Source: Candidatus Poribacteria bacterium (GTDB lineage Bacteria > Poribacteria > WGA-4E > WGA-3G). Taken from it: 64,000 bases of DNA. This document shows positions 10,271 to 20,589 of the stretch, in pieces. Each line of letters starts with the position of its first letter. Position 1 is the first letter of the stretch. The stretch covers positions 4,512,001 to 4,576,000 of the forward strand of contig OZ244048.1 in NCBI GenBank assembly GCA_965215265.1. The letters run 5' to 3'. Both the position numbers and the translations under genes were made by a program. The notes under the pieces are model-generated. The model had not been told where the DNA came from, made no database searches, and saw only the letters and a program-made list of their open reading frames with translations.

Positions 10271-10812
10271 TTTTCGTATACTGCAGCACGTCAAACATTG
10301 CTGCTATGCGCGCCCTAGCACAAATCTCGTCTTTTCGTATATCTCCGTTAAGAATTGTCCCCGCACGCGGGGTGAATTCTTAACCATCAACGCTTATGCT
10401 TTGATGACTTGTTTGTAAATCTCGTCGGAGCCTCCTGATGTTTAGATTCATAACATCTTTTCGTATCTTTCAGCCCCATCAAGGGCTATGTTTTTGATAA
10501 TCCTTTTTTCGTATATAGGAGCCCTACAACGCATCAAGCGTTGTCAACCACTGGGCACATCTCGTCGGAGGTTTTTTCTGTATACAGGAGCCCGTTAAAG
10601 GCTGTCTATAGATTGGCAAGATAAGGTTGAGAGATAGGTAGTTCACGAGAAGGGATTCCTCCGCGCAAGCGGGGATGAATTCCCATCCTTCCCTTCTCTT
10701 CAAGGTTTCGTAAACTTACCTTTTACTCTCAACTTCGTAATCCGCCTGGGCGGTGATGGAAGAAAGAAACCCCTTGAAAAGGGCGTTCTTGTCGCGAGAA
10801 TACGAAATCTCG
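10271..10812. repeat. Large family 1 cluster with family 3 hairpins at 10349-10382 and 10652-10684
   Basis: Multiple ttcgtata arms. The canonical atctccgt|accatcaa is split by a 34-nt hairpin. Confidence 0.8.
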
Positions 10813-10814
10813 TC

Positions 10815-12506
10815 TTAGGACAAGCCGCGGATAACATCGCCGAGTCCTGCGCCTGCGGGTACCATCGGAAACACGTTTTCTTCTTCATCAACAATGAAAT
10901 CAATGACGACAGGCCCATCAGTAATCCCTTTTGCCTTTTGCAAAGCCGGTTCGACATCTTCCACATGCTCGACGCGGAGCCCGGTGGCGCCGAAGGCTTG
11001 TGCTAGCAAAGCGAAATCTGGATTGTCGTGATAATCAACTGCGGAGTACCTTTTTCCGTGGAACAATTCCTGCCATTGGCGCACCATCCCTAAATACATA
11101 TTATTGATGATGAAAACCTTAAGCGGCAGTTTTAATGTAATTGCAGGAACCAGTTCTTGCATCGTCATAATGTAGGAACCGTCACCGTTGATATTGACAA
11201 CAGTTTTTTCGGGACATCCTAATTGTGCCCCGATCGCGGCTGGCAAACTAAAGCCCATCGTCCCGAGCCCGCCTGAATTCAGCCACTGCCGAGGCTCAGT
11301 AAATTTGAAATACTGCGCCGCCCACATCTGATGCTGCCCAACATCAGCTACCACAATCGCATCCTGATAATGTTCGTAAATCTTCTCAATCACGTATTGC
11401 GGCATGACCTTGTTCCCTTTCTGTTGATACTCAAACGGATACTTCTCCTTCCATTCCTGAATTTGAGCGCGCCACGGATCTATGTCAGCTGTTGATACTT
11501 GTTGATTCAACTCAGTGAGAACATGTTTCGCGTCCCCCACTATGGGGACATCTACCGGAACGTTCTTTCCGATACAGGATGCGTCAATATCGATATGAAT
11601 CTTCTTCGCATTTGGGGCGAATTTGCTTAGGTCTCCTGTAACCCGGTCATCAAAGCGCGCACCGACGGCAATAACCAGGTCGGCATCCGTAAAAGCATAA
11701 TTCGCACAACAGGAGCCGTGCATGCCGGGCATCTCCATTGCAAGCGCATGTGTCTCTGGGAACGCGCCCAATCCCATCAATGTAACGGTAATCGGAATCT
11801 GCGTTTTGAGCGTAAACTCCCGCAGCTCCTCTGTAGCGTTTGCGAGAACAACACCGCCCCCCGCATAAAGCATAGGACGTTTCGCGTCCCGAATGAGTTC
11901 CACAGCCTTAGCAATTTGATGTGGCTCGCCCTCAACCTGTGGTTTGTAACTACGGATATCAACTGTTTCCGGATAGCGGTAGGGTGTTTCCTGCATCTGT
12001 GCATCTTTTGCAATGTCAATAACTACCGGTCCTGGTTTCCCTGTGCTGGCGATGTGAAATGCCTCTGCAACCACTTCTGCCACTTCGGCACTATCTTTAA
12101 TTAGGTAACTGTGCTTGCAAACCGGGCGTGTCACGCCGATAACATCACACTCTTGGAACGCATCACTCCCGATATAGTGTGTAAACACCTGTCCTGTAAT
12201 CGCGACCATGGGTATAGAATCCATATAGGCAGTGGCGATACCGGTAACCAGATTCGTTGCACCCGGACCAGAAGTTGCCAGAGCGACACCGACCTTACCG
12301 GTCGCGCGGGCATACCCATCCGCTGCATGAGAACATCCTTGTTCATGCCGCATCGGAATCAGTTTCAACACTGTTTCATCATAGAGCGCGTCGAAAATCG
12401 GCATCGCTGCGCCTCCGTTAACGCCAAAGATGTACTCAACGCCCTCACGTTTCAGACTTTCAACTAAACTTCTCGCACCTGATAGTTCCATCCCAATTTC
12501 CCTCAC
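10815..12506 (-). CDS. ilvB: Acetolactate synthase large subunit, biosynthetic (start may be ATG 12491)
   Basis: RHEQG, TSGPGATN, RFDDRVTG, GLGTMG and GMVRQWQ motifs. Confidence 0.97.
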   Translation of the reverse strand: MREIGMELSGARSLVESLKREGVEYIFGVNGGAAMPIFDALYDETVLKLIPMRHEQGCSHAADGYARATGKVGVALATSGPGATNLVTGIATAYMDSIPMVAITGQVFTHYIGSDAFQECDVIGVTRPVCKHSYLIKDSAEVAEVVAEAFHIASTGKPGPVVIDIAKDAQMQETPYRYPETVDIRSYKPQVEGEPHQIAKAVELIRDAKRPMLYAGGGVVLANATEELREFTLKTQIPITVTLMGLGAFPETHALAMEMPGMHGSCCANYAFTDADLVIAVGARFDDRVTGDLSKFAPNAKKIHIDIDASCIGKNVPVDVPIVGDAKHVLTELNQQVSTADIDPWRAQIQEWKEKYPFEYQQKGNKVMPQYVIEKIYEHYQDAIVVADVGQHQMWAAQYFKFTEPRQWLNSGGLGTMGFSLPAAIGAQLGCPEKTVVNINGDGSYIMTMQELVPAITLKLPLKVFIINNMYLGMVRQWQELFHGKRYSAVDYHDNPDFALLAQAFGATGLRVEHVEDVEPALQKAKGITDGPVVIDFIVDEEENVFPMVPAGAGLGDVIRGLS

Positions 12507-12611
12507 ATGTTTTGCATCCCTCAGTGCATAAGAGACTCTTTGATAAATCTCAGTTTTTACAATCTATCTTCACGCATCCGATATTCATGCCAACACACTC
12601 CAATTCGAGAA

Positions 12612-12812
12612 TTTAGTATATTTCAGCACAACCCAGACGGATGTTATATACACACTAGCACAAACCTCGCCACTTCTCTCTCCTGAAAGGAGAGAGAAAG
12701 AATACCTATCCTGCCACTCGAGGACAGACAAAGAAAACCGAACCCCGCCACGAGATTTACACAGTCATTAACAAAACATAAAGCGTGATGGTACGGAGAT
12801 ATACCAAAAAAA
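12612..12812. repeat. Family 1 element with family 2 remnants inside the ilvB leader
   Basis: tttagtatatttcagcac...cgagattt...ggagatataccaaaa. Confidence 0.75.
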
Positions 12813-12823
12813 GAATAAACATT

Positions 12824-13112
12824 AAAAAAGCCCTACTCATTCCAAACTTGGAGACGAGAAGGACTCAACTAACCTTTCCGTGGTACCACTCCAATTCTCT
12901 TTACCGAGGCAAAATTTCTCAGTTAAGAGCACTCTAACGGATGCAATAACGGGCATCACACCGGCCAACCCTACTGCTTTCGCGAGACGAAAATTCAGAT
13001 TAGCAGCTCCAGGGCGACCTTCAGTCATGGTAACTTGAGGAGACCTCTCAGCCTATGAGTCTCCCGCTCTGGCAAGCCCGGCCGACCTACTCCTCCCCTT
13101 CAACGCTTTTAT
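12824..13112 (-). promoter_or_regulatory. T-box riboswitch leader of ilvBNC, probable Val (GUC) specifier
   Basis: Minus strand reads AAAAGCGTTGAAGGGGAGGAGTAG...CAGAG...GCTGAGAG...GAAG-GTC-GCCCTGGAGC, then T-box GAGTGGTACCACG...CGTCTCC, then a terminator hairpin with a T6 tail. Confidence 0.85.
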
Positions 13113-13293
13113 CGTGATAACGCTATTTAATTGTTAGTTATTGATTTATTATCTATGGTATGCATAAATGTGTCTACGATAGACAATAAATCTATTTATT
13201 TAGGAGGTTAATGGTTCACGTTGTTTTGTAAACGCCAAGTTGCGCAAAAATGTGTTGATTGACGTTCGTGAAAAATATATACATCATATTTTA

Positions 13294-13322
13294 AGTATAC
13301 TACATTTCAAGAGAAATGTCAA
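13294..13322 (-). promoter_or_regulatory. Sigma70-type promoter upstream of the T-box leader
   Basis: TTGACA-17 nt-TATACT on the minus strand. Confidence 0.7.
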
Positions 13323-13568
13323 AAAAAAACAGTATCGGGTCTTTACACGCGTTTATGAAAACAGATCAAGCCACATTTTTTTTGCGTGAGGTTGACGATA
13401 TTGGAGCCGTCAACATCCATGCAATCACTATCTTGGTCCGAAGCGAATACGAGTTGCGTCCCTGCCGGGTTGCTTTCACGAGCCGTGCTTGAGAAAGCAG
13501 CTCTAACGGCTTGATGTCTCTTTTTTAAGTTTGAATTATCTATTTTAGGAGTGAACCGGTTCTAAAGT

Positions 13569-13863
13569 TTACCAACCAAACCAGATAGTGAAACCAAGTG
13601 CAATAATGAAGAGGACACCCATAGCTATAGTGCATACCGTTATTCCTTTTGATATCCATGCCGGACGTTCAGGCCATAGGCGTGTCATGGCTTCAGGCCT
13701 AATCGAGATTGCCATTAATCCTATTGCACATGTCACTAAAAACAGACCAATCAAGTGGCCATATACAAGGCTACTTTCTCTTATCGCGCTTCCAGTCAAC
13801 AGCAAAAAAAATTGCAATGCCGAATAACCAATTTACTTGTCGCATGCTGCTTATTTTTATCAT
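13569..13863 (-). CDS. Small membrane protein, apparently frameshifted at a T8 tract
   Basis: ATG 13863 (MIKISSMRQVNWLFGIAIF) joins the 13569-13817 hydrophobic ORF if one T of the T8 run at 13804-13811 is removed. Confidence 0.5.
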
Positions 13864-14073
13864 AAGTTTGCCTCGTTTTTTGAAGGTTGTAATCCTGAGA
13901 CTGTCAGGTTAACTCCTCTTTTCATATTAATGATAACATTCTGCTAACTTTCTATCAAGTAAAAATGAGGGTGCATAAATCAAGTTTATTGAAAAGCGGT
14001 TATGATGTGCGTTACATTTCGCATAGAGAGTTCTTATTAGACATTCATCCGCTTATCCGCGATAGCAGGAAAT

Positions 14074-14106
14074 GGGGCAGATTTAAAACCTGCCCCAATA
14101 AAAAAC
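14074..14106 (-). terminator. Rho-independent terminator of sodA
   Basis: ggggcag...ctgcccc hairpin just downstream of the stop codon. Confidence 0.55.
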
Positions 14107-14113
14107 TGCCTAT

Positions 14114-14719
14114 TTAAGTATTGGCGAGATACAATTCATTGACGCGCGTCCAATTGATAACGTTTATCCATGCTTCGACGTAATCCGGACGGCGATTCTG
14201 GTAGTTCAGGTAGTAGGCATGTTCCCAGACATCAATTCCGAGAATAGGTGTATGTCCTTGCATCAAAGGGCTGTCCTGATTCGCCGTCGAATAGATTTCC
14301 AAACCGTTGTCACCAATCACTAGCCATGCCCATCCAGAGCCGAACCGCGTTGTCGCTGCTGTGACAAACTGTTCCTTGGCGGCATCAAGCGAGCCGAACG
14401 CGGAGGTTATTGCCTCAGCAACTTCACCACCGGGCTCCCCACCGTTCGGACTCATGAGCGACCAGAAGAGTGAGTGATTCGCATGGCCCCCACCGTTGTT
14501 AATCACAGCTTGGCGTTTTCCTTCAGGCACCCGATCTAGATTTTGCAGTAAATCCGCGATATCCAAATTCTCTATATCCCCAAGCCCTTCCAGAGCAGCG
14601 TTCAGATTGGTGACGTACCCCTGATGGTGCTTCCCATGATGGATTTCCATCGTCTGTGCGTCAATATAAGGTTCTAAAGCGTCGTGTGCATAAGGCAGTG
14701 CAGGTAATGTATGAGCCAT
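14114..14719 (-). CDS. sodA: Mn/Fe superoxide dismutase (Mn-type signature)
   Basis: [18 protein letters not shown] and DVWEHAYY motifs. Confidence 0.95.
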   Translation of the reverse strand: MAHTLPALPYAHDALEPYIDAQTMEIHHGKHHQGYVTNLNAALEGLGDIENLDIADLLQNLDRVPEGKRQAVINNGGGHANHSLFWSLMSPNGGEPGGEVAEAITSAFGSLDAAKEQFVTAATTRFGSGWAWLVIGDNGLEIYSTANQDSPLMQGHTPILGIDVWEHAYYLNYQNRRPDYVEAWINVINWTRVNELYLANT

Positions 14720-15087
14720 TTAAGATAGCCTCCTAAAAAAATCGTTATAAGCGATTTGTATAATTTGTATAGATAGATTCGCCCTTCTCGCTAGCCCAAT
14801 AGCCAGTTACACCAAGGTAACGGCGTTTGAAAACAGAGCAAGAAACGCCACCCCAATTTATCATTTTTGTACGAGCGATCTCCCGCCCGCAACAACCTGT
14901 TTATAAAGTATAACATAATTGCCATTTACGTGCAACAGAATTTTATTTCTCCATAACCGGAATCTTCATAATCTATCTATGTTATAGTGATTTATCAATT
15001 TTCACGGTTCCGCTTCAGTCGGCAGTGATGTATATAACACTGCCGCCGCAAATTGTCTAAACCTCTCTACTTGGAAAAATATTCCAA

Positions 15088-15116
15088 TTGACAGAAATTT
15101 AGAAACATGCTACAAT
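15088..15116 (+). promoter_or_regulatory. Sigma70-type promoter
   Basis: TTGACA-17 nt-TACAAT with an extended TG. Confidence 0.7.
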
Positions 15117-15263
15117 TTCTGACATAGAGTGCAATCTTCCAAGTGGTGTAACTGATTTCTCATGCAGAACTCTCTGTTTTTAGGCAAAAAAGCCGCCAGA
15201 GAGGGCAACATTCCGCAATTCATACCGAGGCAGAAAAGATACAAGAATGGAGATAGTCAAATT

Positions 15264-16301
15264 ATGGCAACCACTTATAAAACCGCAATCGTTGGAGGTA
15301 GGCGCGGTGTCCACCACGCGCGATGCTATGCTGGCATTGAAAACATGCGAGTCACAGCCTTGTGCGAAATTGACGAAGAACGACTCAAGACCGCTGTCGC
15401 AGAACTGAACGTTAACGGGTACACGGACTACGTCGAGATGTTGAAAACTGAACAGCCTGATATTGTACATGCTGTAACAGAGCCAACCGTCGCTCGGCAT
15501 ATCTGGGTGGAACCGGCAGCAGCTGCAGGTGTCAAAGCATTGGTGATTGAAAAACCGCTTGCGCTCAGACCGCGGGAAGCAGAAGCACTTGCTGCAGCAC
15601 ACGAGAAAACGGGCCTGAAGATTATCGTCAACCATCAACGACGTTATCTGCCTTTCGCCGAAAAGTTACTTGAATTTTTCGACGAGGATGCCCTCGGCGA
15701 AATACACTTTATTCGGGCATCTACCGAAGGCGACATCACTGATATGGATACCCATTTGATGGACGTTGTGCTTTTTGCCCTGAAGGACATTCCTATCAGT
15801 TACGTGTGGGGGAACGTTGAGGGAGCAGAAACCTATCACATACCGAATCGGAATTGCCCAGAAAATTTGGTGGCCACCTATACCTTTGAAAACGGTACTC
15901 GTGTCTTTTTTGAATCTGCGCGCACCGCATTTGGTACCGTCGATTTCCCCGGCAGCAATCCGAGATGCAATCTCGATTTTTGGGGAACAAAAGGCAGGAT
16001 GTGGTGGCGCGAAAACGGGTCATGGGGGTATCAGCTCGACGGAATGGCGCGTCCGTTCGTTGAAAAAACCTATTTTGGCGAAGATGATAAATTCGGACAA
16101 CGCGTTTTTACACAAGCTATCGCCACCTGGCTGGATGATGAAAATCAGCCACACCGAAATAGATTGGAATTCGCACTGCTCGGTTTCGATCTTATTATGG
16201 CGGCGTATCGTTCCGCGCTCTTCGGCGAACGGATCGGCTGGCCCCCAAAACTTACCGATGACGAATGGGTGACACTCAGGAATCGGGTAGTCGGTGAATA
16301 A
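15264..16301 (+). CDS. Gfo/Idh/MocA family oxidoreductase
   Basis: N-terminal Rossmann fold, EKPLA and NHQRRY motifs. Start placed at ATG 15264 after GGAG. Confidence 0.88.
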   Translation: MATTYKTAIVGGRRGVHHARCYAGIENMRVTALCEIDEERLKTAVAELNVNGYTDYVEMLKTEQPDIVHAVTEPTVARHIWVEPAAAAGVKALVIEKPLALRPREAEALAAAHEKTGLKIIVNHQRRYLPFAEKLLEFFDEDALGEIHFIRASTEGDITDMDTHLMDVVLFALKDIPISYVWGNVEGAETYHIPNRNCPENLVATYTFENGTRVFFESARTAFGTVDFPGSNPRCNLDFWGTKGRMWWRENGSWGYQLDGMARPFVEKTYFGEDDKFGQRVFTQAIATWLDDENQPHRNRLEFALLGFDLIMAAYRSALFGERIGWPPKLTDDEWVTLRNRVVGE

Positions 16302-16348
16302 GGCAAGCTTAATTACGGTATACAAATATAATAGATTAGGAGGAGAAC

Positions 16349-17158
16349 ATGCTAAACCAAGCACAGGTCGAGGCATTTCATGAGAAAGGGTTTTTGCTCG
16401 GGGACCGCGTGCTCAATGACGAACAAGTCGATGAATTACGAACAGAATTAGCGCGCGTTATTGATGATTACGAGAACACCGACAAACCGCAGCCAGTACG
16501 CATCGCAAACCTCGGTGGACGAGAAGAGAGCCCGGTTTGGCAAATTGTCAATATCTGGGAAGCTAGTCCTGCCTACCATCAACTGGTTCACAACCCCAGC
16601 ATTGTTGAAGAGATTGCGCAATTGACTCAGGCAACGGAACTCCGCGTATGGCACGACCAGATCCAGTACAAACCGCCTCAGGTCGGTGGTGTTAACATGT
16701 GGCACCAGGATTCACCGTACTGGCCAATTCTAACCCCCAAAACCAGTCAAGTAACCGCTTGGGTTGCGCTTGACGATGTGGATGAAAGCAACGGGTGTAT
16801 GCGTATGGTTCCCGGCTCCTATCACTGGGGCAATCAGATCCCGTTTTTGCACACAATCAAAAACATTGATTCAATGCCGGACGCTTTTCAAGAACATCAA
16901 CTTGAAGTAGAACTCTGCCCTGTCCCGAAGGGGCATGTGCACTACCATCATGCTTTGACCTGGCACGGCTCACACGACAATACAAGCGGAAGCCCCCGGC
17001 GCGCTATCGCCGTGCATTATATGACCTGCGAAACGCTCTACGATGCCAGCGGCAATCACGTTATGAAGCCTTTTGTCACCGTTGACGACGGGGATAAATT
17101 GTCCGGAGATCATTTTCCACTTGTTATGGAGACAGGTACCCCAATTCCACTACGCTGA
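16349..17158 (+). CDS. Phytanoyl-CoA dioxygenase (PhyH) family Fe/2OG oxygenase
   Basis: WHQD, AWVALDD, NGCM, HGS and RR motifs. Confidence 0.9.
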   Translation: MLNQAQVEAFHEKGFLLGDRVLNDEQVDELRTELARVIDDYENTDKPQPVRIANLGGREESPVWQIVNIWEASPAYHQLVHNPSIVEEIAQLTQATELRVWHDQIQYKPPQVGGVNMWHQDSPYWPILTPKTSQVTAWVALDDVDESNGCMRMVPGSYHWGNQIPFLHTIKNIDSMPDAFQEHQLEVELCPVPKGHVHYHHALTWHGSHDNTSGSPRRAIAVHYMTCETLYDASGNHVMKPFVTVDDGDKLSGDHFPLVMETGTPIPLR

Positions 17159-17209
17159 TAACGGATCCTTGTTGCCCATCAGTTTAATAGACAAAAAAGG
17201 ACGAAAAAT

Positions 17210-18844
17210 ATGAAAGTTGTTGACGCAGTCGCGAAAGTCTTGAAAGTTGAAGGTGTAGAGTATCTATTTGCTTATCCTGTTAACCCGATAATTGAGGCGG
17301 CGGCGAAACTGGATATCCGCCCCATCATTGTTCGGCAGGAGCGCATTGGACTACATATGGCAGATGCAATCAGCCGGATGACCTCAGGGCAAAAAATCGG
17401 GGTTTTTTGTATGCAAAGCGGCCCCGGGTCTGAAAATGCCTTCGGCGGTGTCGCACAAGCTTATGGGGATTCCGCGCCAATCGTTGTACTACCTATGGGC
17501 TATTCGCGCGGCTTGACACAGATTCAACCGAACTTCAATTCTGCCTTGAACTATCGGCATGTTACAAAATCTTGTGAACAGGTCTCCCTCCCGGAAGCCG
17601 TCCCTGAAGCACTGCGGCGCGCTTTCACACAAGCGCGGAACGGAAGACCGCGGCCCGCACTCGTCGAATTCCCTTCAGATCTGTTTGGCGAAGAAATCCC
17701 TGAACCGTTTGAGCCGACTCCGGTGCCCACCACACGCTACGCACCAGACAGCGAATCTATTGCCGCAGCTGCAGAAGCACTCATAAATGCAGAGCGCCCG
17801 GTTATTTACGCAGGACAAGGAGTCCATTATGCACAAGCCTGGGATTCGCTCAAAGAATTGTCAGAACTCCTCGCTGCACCTGTTACCACCAGCCTCGGCG
17901 GAAAAAGTGCTTTTCCAGAAAATCATCCATTAGCCTTAGGTTCTGGTGGACGTGCCATTCCTAAACCCGTACATCACTTTCTCCAAAAAACCGATCTCCT
18001 TCTCGGAATCGGATGCAGTTTCACCCGAACCGGTTTTGGTGTCAGGATTCCGGCAGGAAAACGTGTTATTCATGCTACTTTAGATCCGGCCGATATCAAT
18101 AAGGATGTCCCTGTTGAAATCGCCCTTGTGGGAGATGCTGGGCTCACTTTAAAGGCATTGGTTGGAGCCGTTCGCGCGCTTTCCCAGGGCAGACCAGAAA
18201 GTCGTACCGCGGCGGTAACCACAGAAATTCAGGCAGTCAAATCCGAGTGGCTTGAAGAGTGGATGCCCAAACTGACCTCCGATGCCGTGCCCATGACACC
18301 TTATCGTGTTATATGGGACATGTTGCATACCGTCGATGTCGCAAATACAATTATCACCCACGATGCCGGAAGCCCACGAGACCAACTCTCGCCTTTCTGG
18401 CAATCTACTACGCCCCTCTCATACATCGGCTGGGGCAAAACGACGCAACTCGGTTACGGACTCGGTCTTGCGATGGGCGCGAAACTCGCAAAACCCGATA
18501 AACTCTGTATCAATGTCTGGGGCGACGCGGCAATCGGTTTTACCGGGATGGATTTCGAAACCGCAGTACGTGAAAGAATCCCGATACTCTCTGTCCTTTT
18601 TAACAACTTCTCTATGGCTATCGAAATCCCGATTATGCCGGTCTCCACCGAGAAATACGGTTCTACCGACATCTCCGGCAACTACGCAGACATGGCAAAG
18701 GCGTTCGGAGGATACGGGGAGCGCGTTGAAACACCAGACCAAATCGTACCGGCACTCCAACGCGGTATCCAGAAGACACAAGAAGGCGTGCCAGCACTAT
18801 TGGAATTCATCACCGCAAAGGAAACTCGGGTTTCTACATTCTAA
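17210..18844 (+). CDS. Thiamine diphosphate-dependent enzyme (AHAS-like, non-IlvB)
   Basis: RQER, QSGPG and the GDAA...NN ThDP-binding motif. Confidence 0.88.
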   Translation: MKVVDAVAKVLKVEGVEYLFAYPVNPIIEAAAKLDIRPIIVRQERIGLHMADAISRMTSGQKIGVFCMQSGPGSENAFGGVAQAYGDSAPIVVLPMGYSRGLTQIQPNFNSALNYRHVTKSCEQVSLPEAVPEALRRAFTQARNGRPRPALVEFPSDLFGEEIPEPFEPTPVPTTRYAPDSESIAAAAEALINAERPVIYAGQGVHYAQAWDSLKELSELLAAPVTTSLGGKSAFPENHPLALGSGGRAIPKPVHHFLQKTDLLLGIGCSFTRTGFGVRIPAGKRVIHATLDPADINKDVPVEIALVGDAGLTLKALVGAVRALSQGRPESRTAAVTTEIQAVKSEWLEEWMPKLTSDAVPMTPYRVIWDMLHTVDVANTIITHDAGSPRDQLSPFWQSTTPLSYIGWGKTTQLGYGLGLAMGAKLAKPDKLCINVWGDAAIGFTGMDFETAVRERIPILSVLFNNFSMAIEIPIMPVSTEKYGSTDISGNYADMAKAFGGYGERVETPDQIVPALQRGIQKTQEGVPALLEFITAKETRVSTF

Positions 18845-18925
18845 GGCTTTTTTTTGTAACAGTGACTTCCTTGGAAGAGTTATTTTCCAAAAATGGCTCT
18901 TACCAACCTTGAAGGAGGAAAAATT

Positions 18926-19696
18926 ATGAAATCCCTCGTTACCGTTTCACTCATTGTACTTAGTCTGATGACTAATGCCTGGGCACTCAACGATGACAAG
19001 GCACTAATGCTCTATTTCACTTTTGAAGAGGGCAACGGTGCCACAACCACAGATGTTAGTGGGAATAATATCAAAGGTAACCTAGAAGGTGCAACATGGT
19101 CGAAAGATGGAAAAATTGGAGGCGCTATCTACCTGGAAGACTTTGAACAGTTTGTAGAAGTCGAACCTGTTCCCGAACTCGACATCACTGATGAACTGAC
19201 GATTCAGGCATGGTTTTTTCCTGAAGAGTCCCAAGGGGACTCTAATTTGATGGGACGCAGAAGTTCTGCAAACGTTGGAGGCTATTGTCTTCAGTGGAGT
19301 GCACAGTTTACCGGGGCACCACAAATTGAGACATGGATTAACATCGGAGGATGGCAAGGTTCCCGCAATAAACAGACCATTAAGCCGGCGCTAGAGGAGT
19401 GGCATCACGTTGCGTCTACCTACGACGGTGAGATGATTCGCCAATACATTGATGGCAAACTTGATGTTGAATTTAAGCCACCCAACGGTAAAATTAACAG
19501 CATTGAAGTCGTCTTTCGCATTGGCAAAGCCCAGACTGGACTCGATGGTATGATTGGCTATGTTGACGAAGTTGCCATTTACAATCGTGCACTCACTGCA
19601 GACGAAATTAATCAAGATATGGAGAACGGTGTCTATTTCGCCGTTTCTCCTAACGGTAAACTGGCCTCAACCTGGGGCAATTTGAAAAGAAGGTAA
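18926..19696 (+). CDS. Secreted LamG/ConA-like domain protein with a Poribacteria-type C-terminal motif
   Basis: Signal peptide, WHHVASTYDG, YIDG, DEVAIYNRAL, C-terminal AVSPNGKLASTWGNLK. Confidence 0.88.
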   Translation: MKSLVTVSLIVLSLMTNAWALNDDKALMLYFTFEEGNGATTTDVSGNNIKGNLEGATWSKDGKIGGAIYLEDFEQFVEVEPVPELDITDELTIQAWFFPEESQGDSNLMGRRSSANVGGYCLQWSAQFTGAPQIETWINIGGWQGSRNKQTIKPALEEWHHVASTYDGEMIRQYIDGKLDVEFKPPNGKINSIEVVFRIGKAQTGLDGMIGYVDEVAIYNRALTADEINQDMENGVYFAVSPNGKLASTWGNLKRR

Positions 19697-20302
19697 CATG
19701 GTAACATGGTAACATGCTCCTCTCGGGGCTCTGTATCCGTCTTCTTTAGCGATATGATGTTCAGTGTCTGAACTTCATATCTTTTTAGGCATAGGCGAAA
19801 ATGTGTGCAAACCCCGTGCTGTCTTACTTATGGACGTATAATCTGTGCGAGTTCAAGTTGAATGAATCGGCGTATCACCGGATTCTATACGGGCGTGCGG
19901 CTATCTGGTGGAGTGGATAACCGTGTGCCGGCTGCAGAGGTAACCTTAACGATTGTGTTGTCGGGGCTGCTCTCCCGTTCGCTTTTTGGGAAGTCGTGGG
20001 CGCAGTTGGAGGGGGCATTATCAGTTCATGGATGGCGTTCCAGTGCATCTGATGTCTAAGTTCCTTCATCGCCATGAAGGAACAAATGCCACGGCACGCC
20101 ATTTTTAGACGTGTTGCGGTATGCTATTCAAGAACCTGCTGGCTGCGCGCCTGATTCAGGCACCCAATACCGCACATCCTCCACAGAAGTTGCCATCAAT
20201 CGCAAAGGATTGTAGTCGGACAATTTATCGCCCTTCCAACTTGATGAAAACTGACATGTCTAGTCGATATTTTTTTTTGTAAAATTCCAAAAAACAAAAA
20301 AC

Positions 20303-20331
20303 TTGACATATTTCGCAAATAGTGGTATTAT
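20303..20331 (+). promoter_or_regulatory. Sigma70-type promoter of the rsbW-like operon
   Basis: TTGACA-17 nt-TATTAT with an extended TG. Confidence 0.65.
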
Positions 20332-20589
20332 AAAAAATAAAAAGCACTATAGGAAAAGAAGGCAAGTAACGCAAGCATGTCAAATAATATACCGATTCCA
20401 GAACCTGCTGCAAAAACAGTCTCCTTTTTTCGCCGAATTGGTAGATTTTAACAAGAACCAGATTGAGAAATTCGACCCCTAATCATCAAGCTCGGCATTA
20501 ACGCCTCTGAGTAGTGCCAAGAAACTTTAGTATACCTAAGGAGGGCAACGCAGCGTGGCGTTTTACGCTGCTTGCAAGGACATATAGCG

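Noticed and set aside
19697-19716. Short tandem ggtaacat x3 at the LamG stop codon (about 19692-19716)
   Set aside because: A simple slippage repeat with no evident function.
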